A stretch of 64,000 nt of DNA from Hypanus sabinus (Eukaryota), in assembly GCF_030144855.1 (NCBI RefSeq), contig NC_082722.1, positions 20,708,001 to 20,772,000 on the forward strand. Reading direction: 5' to 3'. Position numbers and translations under genes: made by a program. Under the pieces are notes generated by a model. That model made no database searches. It saw only the letters and a list, made by a program, of their open reading frames with translations, and was not told where the DNA came from. Below, in pieces: positions 47,777-59,320 of the stretch; positions within the stretch are counted from its first letter, which is position 1; each line of letters opens with the position of its first letter.

Positions 47777-48467
47777 ATTTATTTTGTTCCATAACATTTT
47801 GGAATTCAGTAGGGATTGTAGGGAAGAATGAAACCATTCTCTCTGACAACTCTTTATTTTGAAGTATATATCCAAGAAGTATTTGAATATTCCTGTTGAA
47901 TATGCTTCTTATCGTCTTTGAGGATTCCACACCAGTTCCTAACCAGTTGTTTTAAGGTGCATGGTAATATTAAGTAATGGAAGTTAAGCTGTTAATCACA
48001 GTTCGTGTGACGAATAATTAAATACAAATCTAAGACTGGGACGTTTTAGATTTCAAATGTCGGTTTACGAGAATTACAATGTAGTGCCAATCAGAAAGTA
48101 CAGTACACACAGGAGTCATTTCACGATATACGTAACATTTGATATTAATGCACAGTAAGAAAGACCAAAAATTCAACGAAATCTTGTTTTGGAAAGTCAT
48201 GTGCAGTTTTTAACCCCGATTCCCAGCAAAGCCCCACACAGCCGTGAAAACCTGCAATGTATTCAAATATGGAAGAAGAATACCTTGTAGTATCGGTGCA
48301 CAGTGATACCCAAAAGAAATTCCACAAGACACCTTATACTCAACGAGGCTCTGCTGAATGACGGTCATCCTCAATTTCGAAGGTAATTCCTGAAACGGAT
48401 AAAAGTACAGCCATCTCAGTTTTTGGATTCAAACCAAATATTAAAAATTTCTAAGACAACTTTTATG

Positions 48468-48765
48468 TCTTGGCTAGTGGATAAGGCATCGGTCTAGTGA
48501 TCTGAAGGTCACCGGTTCGAGCCTCAGTGAGGCAGCGTGTTGTGTACTTGAGCAAGCACGTAACAACACATCGCTCTGCGATGACACTGGTTCCAAGCTG
48601 CTTCAGTCCTAATGCCCTTCCCTTGGACAACATTGGTGGCGTGGAGAGGGGTAGGGTTGCAGCTCGGGCAACTGCCATTCTCTCATACAACCCTGCACAG
48701 GCCTGCACCCTGGAAACCTTCCAAGTCGCAAATCCATGGTCTCACGAGACTAACGGATGCCTATA
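48468..48765 (+). mobile_element. tRNA-derived SINE with RTE-like 3' tail
   Basis: A-box TGGCTAGTGG (48471), B-box GGTTCGAGCC (48514); tail ...caaatccatggtctcacgagactaacggatgcc. Confidence 0.75.
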
Positions 48766-50739
48766 ACGAATCTTTGGAAGGAGAAACAGTTGTCCCTTCA
48801 GATTGAAAACCCCTTCCCAGAAAGCAACGTAAACGTTAATTGTTTCTCTTTGCTCTCCTGTTTCCTGATCTACCGTGCGGTTTATTTGTCAGTTTTAATT
48901 CAGATTTCCAGCAGTTCAATGTTCAACGTCGCACCAGGATTCGCCTGTTAGCATATCGGTTGTATACCCATCTATCTACAACTGGAAGCGTCTTCTTGTG
49001 TTCCAATAATAACCTTCCCAATTTTAGCGCATAGTTTCACTTTTCGGTAACGATAGCTGCTGCAACTTTTCACATCACCAAAACAAAGTTGTCGTATATA
49101 ATACTGGCTTCATTATATTACAACTCTGTAAATACTTTCAGCAGCGTTCGTAACACTTCCCGAAATGAAGGACTGCTCATGCGAGTAATATCCAAGTTGA
49201 AGCTGGAACATTGAAGATATAATTTTTACTGCTACTGCATTGCTCTGGAATGCTATCTCGTTGTTTTATTCAAAACAAATGCTGTTTTAACGATTTACTG
49301 TAACGGGCATGTCCAACTGTTCTACTTATTTCGATCGTAATTTAATTGATTCACCAACAAAACCGATCAGCTCAACAGCAGGTAAGAGGCCTTTCCCGTA
49401 TTTGCTGCCTTCTTTACGTAAGTACATCAGTTCTTGCGATTTGTTCTCAGCTTTTTAACTTAAATAATGCGAGTTTTGAAGGTCACAGGTTCTAACTGCA
49501 CCGTGGGGATGAAATCTGCTCATTCAAATTATTTGACGGACTGCGTAAGGGAAACAGATCGGATAAAGCCCATGCACAAAACTTTGAGGAACGTCAGGGA
49601 TATGACAAAAGAACTGAAACAAAACAGATTGCCAGAACTGAGAAAACCTTCGATTGATATGAAGGCTTTAACTGGTTGTTTGGAAATCAAAACAGAACGT
49701 AGTGATTTCCAGCCTGAAATGTATTTGGTATCCCAGTCCTGTATCATGTACGGATAATATTTGTGTGCACAGACAAAATGTTATTTCAACCATGTTAAAT
49801 GCTTTCCTGTGATGACATATTCCGAATCAAGCTTAGTTCATGGTCACTGAAAGTCATGACTGAGTGACAGGAACTTTGCCCAAGATGACGAGGAGGGCAT
49901 GTGGCAGAAGGGGAAGGAAAATTGCCCAAAAAGTTGTCGATGCCTGAATTCTCTGCAGGAAGGCAAAAGCAAGGGAAATGTCAACAAGTAACGGGTGACT
50001 TGCCGCCAGAATGAATTGGACGTGCTGCACCGTTCCAGTTCACAACGGTGGGGCTCTTCGGTCCCGACAAAGTAAAAAATGACGTCAAGAAAAGAGAAAC
50101 ACTAAAAATGTTGGAAATGTTGAATTGTTCACAGCACAAGGGATCAGAAGGATCTTCAGAATCAGCTATAGGGGCTCGAACTCCAGATTTAGATTAAATC
50201 TAAATCCATAGATTCCATATTAATCCCATTTCTTAATCTCATTTAGCAGTATTAAATGTGTTTTTTTTTTCTGGCAGGCGGAACGGTTGAGCACGCCACT
50301 GCCTATGATTCACTAAATACGAAGGAGAGCACAGGATTTTGCAAAGATCGATAGCAAGAAGAGCACATTATCTAATCTCAGGTAAAACAGACAGTTTAGC
50401 GTGAATATAAATTTTCTTTTGAGATATAGCACTATAACAGAGCCGCCCGGCACAACTAATTCCTACCGCCGAATTACACCCATGTGACCAATTAGCACAC
50501 TCAACGTTGTCTTTGGAATGCGGGAGGAAGTCATTATATAAGACCAACGTTATCCCAAAGAGAGCTAAGATTGCTAACCTGAGCAGACCTTTGACACTGT
50601 ACCAAAATGTCGTCTTTTCACCGAAAATGAACTTTTTCCCATTTACAACTGAACGCCTTCGATATATCATCAAAATCTTTTACAGTCCAGGTGGACTCGA
50701 ACCTGAAGGCATGTAAATTGATCTCTCACTTTTGAAATA

Positions 50740-51180
50740 TTTTATCATTCCACTTCGCTTTTTTTTCTCTATTTCCAATTCTGGCTCCCTTTCAATTCTT
50801 CTCTTCTCCCCATCTGCCCATTACCTCCACCGTTGCCCATCCTCCTTCCATTTCTTCCAGTGTCCACTGTCTGCTCCTATCAGATTCTTTCTTGCACCCT
50901 TTTCCTTTTCCACCCATTACCGCCCAGCTTCTACGTCATTCCACCCCCCATCATCCACACACTTTCTTACTCACCTGGTGTCTCCTATCACCTGCCATCT
51001 TGTAATATTTCCACACATTCTTATTCTAGATTCTGACCCCTTTTTTTGCTGTCATGATAAAGCGCTTCAGAACGAAATGTCGACAGTTTATTTGCCTTCA
51101 CACATGCTGCCCGACATAATGAATCACAACCGCATTTTTCTGCATTTCTCAGAAATTCCAACATCCAGAAAATCCCTCGA
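50740..51180 (+). mobile_element. Penelope-like 3' fragment
   Basis: Pyrimidine-rich body ending ctgtc-atgataa...gaaatgtc-gacag...atgctgcccgac. Confidence 0.55.
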
Positions 51181-52543
51181 GTTTATCTTTTTTTTTCCCC
51201 TTGGTATTACGAATTTAATTTTATATGCAATCTGCAAACCAGGAAGCACTAAAAAGCATGAAACTCGGAATAGCAAATACTTTCCAACATCCATCATCAG
51301 CTCTATAATGAAAACGAATATCTGACAATAACCGAGGAAAAATGAACCAACCGAACATTGGGGTTATTCATGGAAATACCGAACTGTGACAAAACAGTAA
51401 CCATACGGTATGAATGAAAAAAGTGCCAACATTCATTCTGTCAGATGTGTGCTATCCAGTGATAACAGTGTCAGTGTGCATTCGGAGTTCTGTTGGCGGG
51501 TGTGATTGAGGAAACACCCGTAAGATCTATAGTCTAAACTGATTGCGGCAACCAGACACATATAACACAAAAATGCGCTGGTATTTAGAGTTAGCGAAGT
51601 ATTCTGTACGGTACCTGCGGCTTCAAGGAGTGACCTATTCTTCCAACTGGATTTTGTTAAAATTTAATTCAAGTACGGAAAGAAACGTTTATCCTGTCTG
51701 TGGGACAACATAGGTTCTTGTAGTGGAAATACTATATGAATCAAAAAGGGAAATATTGAAAAAAATCGTCCAACTTTGTGTAAAATGACAAAAACCTGAA
51801 AATGATTAACTTATGAGGGCATCACTAATTTTATTTACAATTGTTGATTCAATTTGTTCAAATCAAGGGATTCTCGATTAACCGCTAATTTTGAAATATT
51901 TTCACAGACTAAAAGAAATGGAGCTGACAAACTGACTTACGTTGCTGCGTAGCTTCCTGATTCCAAAAACACCTCAGCATCCAAACATCAAAACCAACAG
52001 ACATTGTACGCAGGTCTAAATACATCAAAGAAACTGTGAATCTGAGAATTCAACTGCAGATTAGAGTTATAGACAATCAATGAGTGCAGCCCCGAGTCAT
52101 TGCTTCGTTTCATTTCTTGCATCCAGACAAAGATTGTTAATCGATATAACATGTATAAGTTGACAAGATAAGTGACCATTTTCGTCTTCGACATTCTTTT
52201 GATTTATTTGAGGCGATTATCACTGGGGGAAAAAAAGTAAGAAATTTAAGAATTGTGTTGTGAATAAGCCATTCTCCTCTCTCTACTGCCCAGTCATTCG
52301 AGACCATAATGTCTGATATGTTCAAACATATTCTCCTCTCCTCTGTTCAACCAGATATCCAGGTACTCCCTCCACACTCCTCGAAGGCAAACAAATCAGA
52401 GATCTGTCATCACCTGCGAGGGAATGTTTGTTTACAGGATAATAAACTGCACAGAACAGTTATTCTTGCTCATTACATCAACGTTCAACTGAGGGAAATG
52501 TAGTTTTGAAGATGTGAAATATATTGCAACGTAATTTTGGGAT

Positions 52544-55500
52544 TGTTACGTCCTTTGTAAGAATCGCAAGATCATCGTTGGGTTGGGTCAAGGGGCCCAG
52601 GAAATAAGAGTGGGACGTGCAAAATGCCTCGTTTCCCCGGCTATGTAAAGCTACGGGACATGGCCATGTCTCCGGAAGACCAAGTTGTGTATTGAGTACT
52701 GTAGTATTCATTGAAGCCCCTCAGGTGATGACCAGAGTGGGCTGGTTGCAGGATTGCATCATCCCAACCTGATTGACATCTGAGACACCGTGAGGAAGTA
52801 TAAAAGAGGATCTGGGGAACAACCCCTTCAGACGCACGAGAAGAAACGGTAAGCGACCACGTAACTGCAGGAAGTCATCTGAAGGAAGCCACGTGCGTTC
52901 GATTCCCTGACTGTAATTGGTGGCTGGAACAACGGAAAACAGGTTTTAGCTAACAACGGGGAAGCCCGCTCCCCTGACTCAACGGATTTGCATCATAAAA
53001 GACCTGGGACAAGTTTAAACAGCATTACTTTTAAACTAAACAACGCTGCAGCTTGAACGAACTGATAGTGACTGTTATCTTTCCATCGGACAATACATTT
53101 TCCCCTAGACAACAATAGAGCTATTTCTTATTGGTTATTACTATACCCGCGCTTAGATTTAGTATTGATGACGTATATTATCTGTATGTTTGCATTAATC
53201 TTATTTTTGTGCCCTTTATCAATAAAGATTTTTAAAAATAGTACCATCAGACTTCAACGGACCTCTCTATCTTTGCTGGTAAGTGATCCAGCTACGGGAA
53301 TTCGTAACAAATTCGGGGTTCTCGTCTCGGGATTTGACACCAAATTGTGAGGGCAGTGAATCGGGATTGTAAGTCCAAAACTTGGATCTGGTTACGCGGG
53401 TAGCCAGACGGGAAATCAGCAAAGATGGACGTGGGTGAATTTATAGAAAACCCGACTCTGGAGGCGCTGGAGGTGGCCTCCAATTCGGACTTGATAAAAT
53501 TGGCGAAAGAGTTAAACTTCGCAGGGGTGAGGTTGTCAATGAAAAAGCCGGAGGTGCGAAAGGCAATAGCTCAGTATTATATTGGGAAGAATGTGTTTCC
53601 AGATGAGGTATTGGAAAATATCCCTGAAGAGGCACCTGCTAGTGGGACGGCTCAGTTCGAGTTGGAGAACTTAAAGTAGGAACATGCAATTAAGTTAAAG
53701 CAGCTGGAGGCAGCCGAGAGAAAGAAAGAGAAAGAGCAAGAGAGGGAGAGGGCCGAGAGAGAGAAAGAGAGGGAGAGAACCGAGAAAGAGAGAGAGAGAG
53801 AGATCATGAAATTAGGGTAACACAACAGGAAGCAGACGAAAAAGAGAAACAGAGGAAACATGACTTGGAGATGGAGAAGTTACGGCAGAGCCACGAGTTC
53901 CGGGGTCAGACCGAAAGGAGCGGTTCAACGTTAGTCGAGAGTTGAGACTAGTACCTCCGTTCGAGGAGACGGATGTGGATAGTTATTTCTTGCTTTTTGA
54001 AAAGGTGGCCGTGACTCAGAAGTGGCCCAGAGGTCAGTGGGTGACGCTGTTACAAAGTGTGTTAAAGGGGAAGGCACAGCGGGCATATACGGCGTTGGCC
54101 AAGGAGGAGGAGAGTTATGACAAAGTAAAGGAGGCCATTCTCCGGAGTTATGATCTAGTCCCTGAGGCACATAGACAAAAGTTTAGAAATTTAAAGGAAG
54201 GGTGGAATCAGACATATACCGAGTTTGCCTACGAGAAGGGGGTGCTCTTGGACCGGTGGTCCACCGCAGAGAGTGTGGAAGAGGATTATGGGCGTCTCCG
54301 GGAGTTAATTCTGAATGAGGAAATTAAAGGTTGTATTTCGGAGGATATCCGAACGTACTTGAATGAGAAGTCGCATAAGTCCATCTCGGAATTTGTAGGT
54401 TCACCGATGAATATGCCCTAAGCCTCAAGACAAAGTTTTTCTCGAATAAAAGTTCCAAGAGAGACCAGGGGAACGATCGAGAAAGTCCGCCTGCTGAGGC
54501 AGCGGTCCCGCCGGAAGCTAGTGGTAAGGTTGAGGGGGAAAGGCCAGACAGCCAGAGATTTCCGGGCTTGACTTGTTTTAATTGTGGAAGGGGCGGGGGG
54601 CATATTGCATCTCGGTGCTTTGCTCCGAGGAAAGAGACAGGAAAAGGGACAGCAACTGTCCCTATCTGATGTGCCGTGGTAATCCGTAAATGGACAAGAG
54701 AGCCTGGGGTAGACAGAGTACGAGAAGGGTCTGAGATTTGTCTGTCACTTGGAACCGTGTCGGTGAAAGAGGGAGGCACACCAGTTCCAGTACGGATCTG
54801 GAGAGAAACGGGGGCTGAGCTGCCATTGATTAGCAGTAAGGTGCTAGATTTTGGTCCTCAGACGGGAGAGGTAGCCCTGAGAGGCATAGGAGGATCGACC
54901 GAAGTGGTGCCCCTGCAAGGGGTCATTCTGGATTATGATCTGTTGTCTGGGCCAGTGGAATTGGGGTTACTGCCGGAGTTGCCGAGGGAAAGCGTGGACG
55001 TCCTTCTGGGTAACGACTTAGCGGGTGGAAAGATGGGTGCAGCCGTGAAGCTGACAACCAAGCCTGTGAGGGTTAAGGCCCCGCCCCTAGACTCCAAGAT
55101 CTATCCCGCATGTGCGGTCACTCGCAGCCTGCCGAGAGAGGCACCTGAGAACGAGAGCAGTTTAAATCCAGCCAGTTTTGATTTGGCCGAGACGTTTCTA
55201 CTGACCCTGTACCACGAGGGTTTAGAGGGTGGTAAAACGAAGAGTAGTAAAGTGAAAGAGGGTAAGGGAGCGGAGGTAGATCTGCCCTTAGCGACGAGAA
55301 AGGTCCTAGAGGCAGAAAATAAAGATGAGGAACCGATAGAGCGGTTAAGAGGTCCAGAACTGGACAGGGATGATTTGTTTGGTTTGGCAGAACTGCTTGA
55401 AGAAGTTGAAAATTCTAAAGGTGTTCCCGATAATGAAATGAGGGCAGCCCTAGATGAAAAGTGTGCCCTTGCCTTGAAGATGTCTGCTGGGTTGCCAGAT

Positions 55501-57444
55501 GAGGTTGTTTCAGCCCGCGGGGTTGAGTTTACTCCGGAAGGGAGTTGCCCAGAGAGTACCTGGGAGGATCGGGGAAACGTAGAATTTGAAAAGGGTACGG
55601 GTATTGAAAGCCTGGAAGAGGCCAATATCCCGTTTGAGTGTGTCCAAGATGGGGATGCACGTGGTACTGAACCTAACAACGGAGCTCAGAAAAAGTCAGA
55701 GGTATTTGATTCAGTGGAACGAGACGGCCGTCCTTGTGGGTCAGATAGACTTGGTTCAGTGAAGAAAGGGTTAACCTTGGTAATAGTGGGAAGTGAGAGT
55801 TCCCAGGTGTGTGTGCTCGAAGGGATGCTGAAAGTTAATACGGAGTTCACAAATGGGGAGATAAATATTATCATTGCAGGAAACGGGAAATCTGTAGTTC
55901 CCAAATCGAATGAAGAAATTTTAAACCCTGCCGATCGCTTACCGATTCAGCCGGAAGGTAACGGGGCCCCCCACGCTATTGTTATTACTGAATGTGGTGT
56001 GAAGAGGCAGAATTTGAAATGCTGCTTGAGCCAAGCGGTCGAACGAGAAACACATAGCCTGAAGGGTCCTGACGAGAGGGTTAGCCACCTGTGTAAAATT
56101 AAAGAGTTGGGTGGGAATTCAGAAGATGGTCTAAGGTTGGGACACGGTGTCGTTAAAATAATTCCTATATCTCGCCACATTACCCAAGCTCCCCACGTGG
56201 GAATTACCCGGAAACGAGGCGAGGGTTAATGGGAACGCCATATTTAAATAGCAAAGCCGTTTGTATGGGATTTCGACACAGCCTGTGAATAATAAAGACA
56301 ACCCCCTTGAAGCCTGCCTGTTCAGTTTGAAAACGACAGAAAGATTTGTAGTTCCATAAACTCTTGCAGATGCACGGAAGCTGAGATCACAGCTCCTTAG
56401 AGTTGTTGCTGAAGGAAAGAAATAAAAAAAAAATAGGTGGTTATTAAATTGAAGTCTGATGCTACAAGACTTTAGTACGGTACACGATGTTAAGATATTG
56501 AAGAAAGTAACACTGTAATCGTTAACTGTTTAGATACTGAAGTGAATGTATCATTGTATTACTCTGTAGAAAAAAAATACTTTGGTGTTGCGTTAGATTC
56601 TAACACCTTGTGAGACTCTATATTCGCTTTTTTCCCGACGGTAAAAAACGTCTTGAAGAAAGGGGGTGTTACGTCCGTAGCCCCCTCCTTTGTGAGAATC
56701 GCAAGATCATCGTTGGGTTGGATCAAGGGGCCCAGGAAATGAGAGTGGGGCGTGCAAAATGCCTCGATTCCCCGGCGATGTAAAGCTACAGGACACGGCC
56801 ATTGTCTCCGGAAGACCAAGTTGTGTATTGAGTACTGTACTATTCTTTGAAGCCCCTCAGGGGATGACCAGAGTGGGCTGGTTGAGGGATTGCATCATCC
56901 CAACCTGATTGACATCTGAGACCCCGTGAGTAAGGATAAAAGAGGGTCGGGGAACAACCCCTTCAGACCCACCAGAAGAAACGTTAAGCGACCACGTAAC
57001 AGCAGGAAGTCATTTGAAGGAAGCCACGTGCGTTCGATTCCGTGGCTGGAATTGGTGGCTGGAACCATGGAAAACAGCTTTTAGGTAACAACGGGGAAGC
57101 CCGCTCCCCTGACTCAACGGATTTGCATCATAAAAGACCTGGGGCAAGTTTAAAGCGCATTACTTTTAAACCCAACAACGCTGCAGCTTGAACGAACTGA
57201 TAGTGACTGCTATCTTTCCATCGGACAATAGATTAACCACTAGACAACGATAGAGCTATTTCATTTTCGTTATAATTATGCCCGCGCTTAGATTTAGTAT
57301 TGACGACTTATGTTATCTTTATGTTTGCATTAATCTTATTATTGTGCCCTTTATCAATAAATAGTTTTAAAAATAGTACAATCAGACTTCAACAGACCTC
57401 TCTATCTTTGCTGGTAATTGATCCAGTTACGGGAATTCGTAACA
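52544..57444 (+). mobile_element. Complete non-autonomous Gmr1-type LTR element (LTRs 52544-53309 and 56667-57444)
   Basis: TG...CA LTRs; 4-bp TSD GGAT (52540-52543, 57445-57448); degenerate tRNA-Pro-like PBS at about 53310-53335; PPT gaagaaaggggg; SCAN-like gag (53942 ORF); CCHC knuckle CFNCGRGGGHIASRC; protease-like RETG; no INT/RT/RH. Confidence 0.93.
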
Positions 57445-58439
57445 GGATAACATCACTGTGCCTCAATATTGATCAGTAAATGCCGTATGATAAAAAAAAA
57501 TCAGTACTCTTCTGTTTCATATACATTCACGGCTTTCTGCTCAGGTTTAGCTGTAAAATACAACTGCACTATCACATGGTAGTCGCAGACAACCCAGGGC
57601 ACTCAAAAGGCATGAGAAATGTATTGTAACCAGAGTACCTGTCCCAGGTCACATTGAAGTAGAGAAGATACGCACATGGTCGCTTTAGAGGAGGTCAGGT
57701 TTATATTAATCATAATATTTGACTGTAAAACGTGGACGAGGATAAGTAGATTAATTAGAATCACGTTTTCAGATGGGTACTCTCGAAGAATATGGTACCT
57801 CAGCGATTAATAACTGTCAATTGCCCAATAGAGCAAAATAAATCTAAAATATGCTTACTATTTATTTGGCCAATAGTCAGTAAATTGACCTATTGATTCT
57901 GGTTCAGGTAGATGTATGAGTGACACAACAGGGTGAGCATCATATTATAATAATACATTATCTTTATTCATCAGGTCAGCGAGGTTGGTGGATAAGGTGT
58001 GGGACTAAGGAAGGTGAGGAAGTAGGTACAGAGAACACCGGCAGAGAAATAAATCCTCTGTCTGATAAGGCAAGCAGCAATCTATTCCTGACAGAGTTTC
58101 GGTAATCCAGAGAAATTTGCAAGAATAATAGAAACGTACACTCTTTGAAACGAGCGTGGGCCGCTCAGACTAGTTCTGTAGTTCTGCTGGATATTCTGGC
58201 TGGTATTGAATTTCCTATGAGAATCATTCATTCACTTCCTTCTCCTCGGTCACTTCAAATCTCAAATCTCGTCGATTTCTCCACTTTTAAATATTGTTTT
58301 GATATTTACTTTGCAGTACAAATGCACAGTTATATCTTGTTCGTAGTTGACATATCGTTGTACTCTATCTTTCATATTCATTTCTTCATCCATTTATTAA
58401 AAACACAAGTAGCCGCTTATCATTTCTCTGAAGGTCAAA

Positions 58440-59320
58440 GTCACAGGAGTAGACCAATTTCTCAAGCGCTCGGGGTGCGAGTGATATGTTCTAAAGTGCT
58501 TTTTCGGACGTATTTAGTTTCAGCTTGGTTTAACATCGTTTTATTTCTGTATCACTATTTACTCGCACTGGAGAATGCCCTGCGCAAAAAAAAAACATTG
58601 AGCTCACTAATACTGATGCAAACGACATGTGAGCTAATTTATTTGGGGAAAAAATCAGTACAATGCAATGAAGAAAGTAAATAAATACAATAATATAAAC
58701 GATGATGGGTTCAGGGATTTTAAATATTTGCAAACTGGAAATGCTCGGATTCATCCCAAACAAGTGCATTCGGTTACTGCAATGGCCTAGGGCGTCATCC
58801 CTGATAGCTACGCTGTTAACTAAAATTCTAAAACGGGAAACGTAGCCTTCAATATCGCTGAAAAAAACATCTAAGTATTAAACAATGACCGCTAGTTTTC
58901 AGAATCAGTTGACACGGAAGTTCAATTTCTCAAAGAAGATCGACTTCAAACAGGCAGCGAAGCATTGCTGTGCTCTGACCAATTCTCCACAACCACGACG
59001 ACGACAAATATGGGGTTAAATACTATCACGATTTGATAATAATTAGCTGTAACGTGCATATTCACAAGCGCAATTGTCTTGTCTACTGTGTTACCGAATC
59101 CGTGGTTGTGACGCACACTAACTTGGTTCCATCTGTCACCGGTCGCACACCTTTTCACATTTATATATTGCGCATCTTCCCACCACAAGGTAAATAGCGA
59201 GTCTCCAGCTCAGAACATTAAATACCCGCATGCCTTCACCGGCATTGTTTGTCTCACTGAATTTGTCAAGTAATTTCCATTTATTTGACATTTTCATAGA
59301 TGTTTGTGTATATTCCGACT
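58440..59320 (+). repeat. Paralog of 11400-12500 (inverted)
   Basis: e.g. caccggtcgcacaccttttcacatttatatattgcgcat vs the reverse complement of about 11525-11565; ctcgcactggagaat shared. Confidence 0.8.

Noticed and set aside
48299-48335. CACAGTG heptamer downstream of the receptor gene
   Set aside because: No nonamer at 12 or 23 spacing; no functional RSS was noticed in the window
49451-49757. 96-aa ORF with faint V-like wording (IDMKALTGCLEIK)
   Set aside because: No conserved Cys/Trp/YxC pattern, so it cannot be supported
58145-58684. 179-aa ORF, plus a minus-strand LYCKV stretch
   Set aside because: AT-rich, no recognisable domain, and it overlaps a paralogous non-coding block
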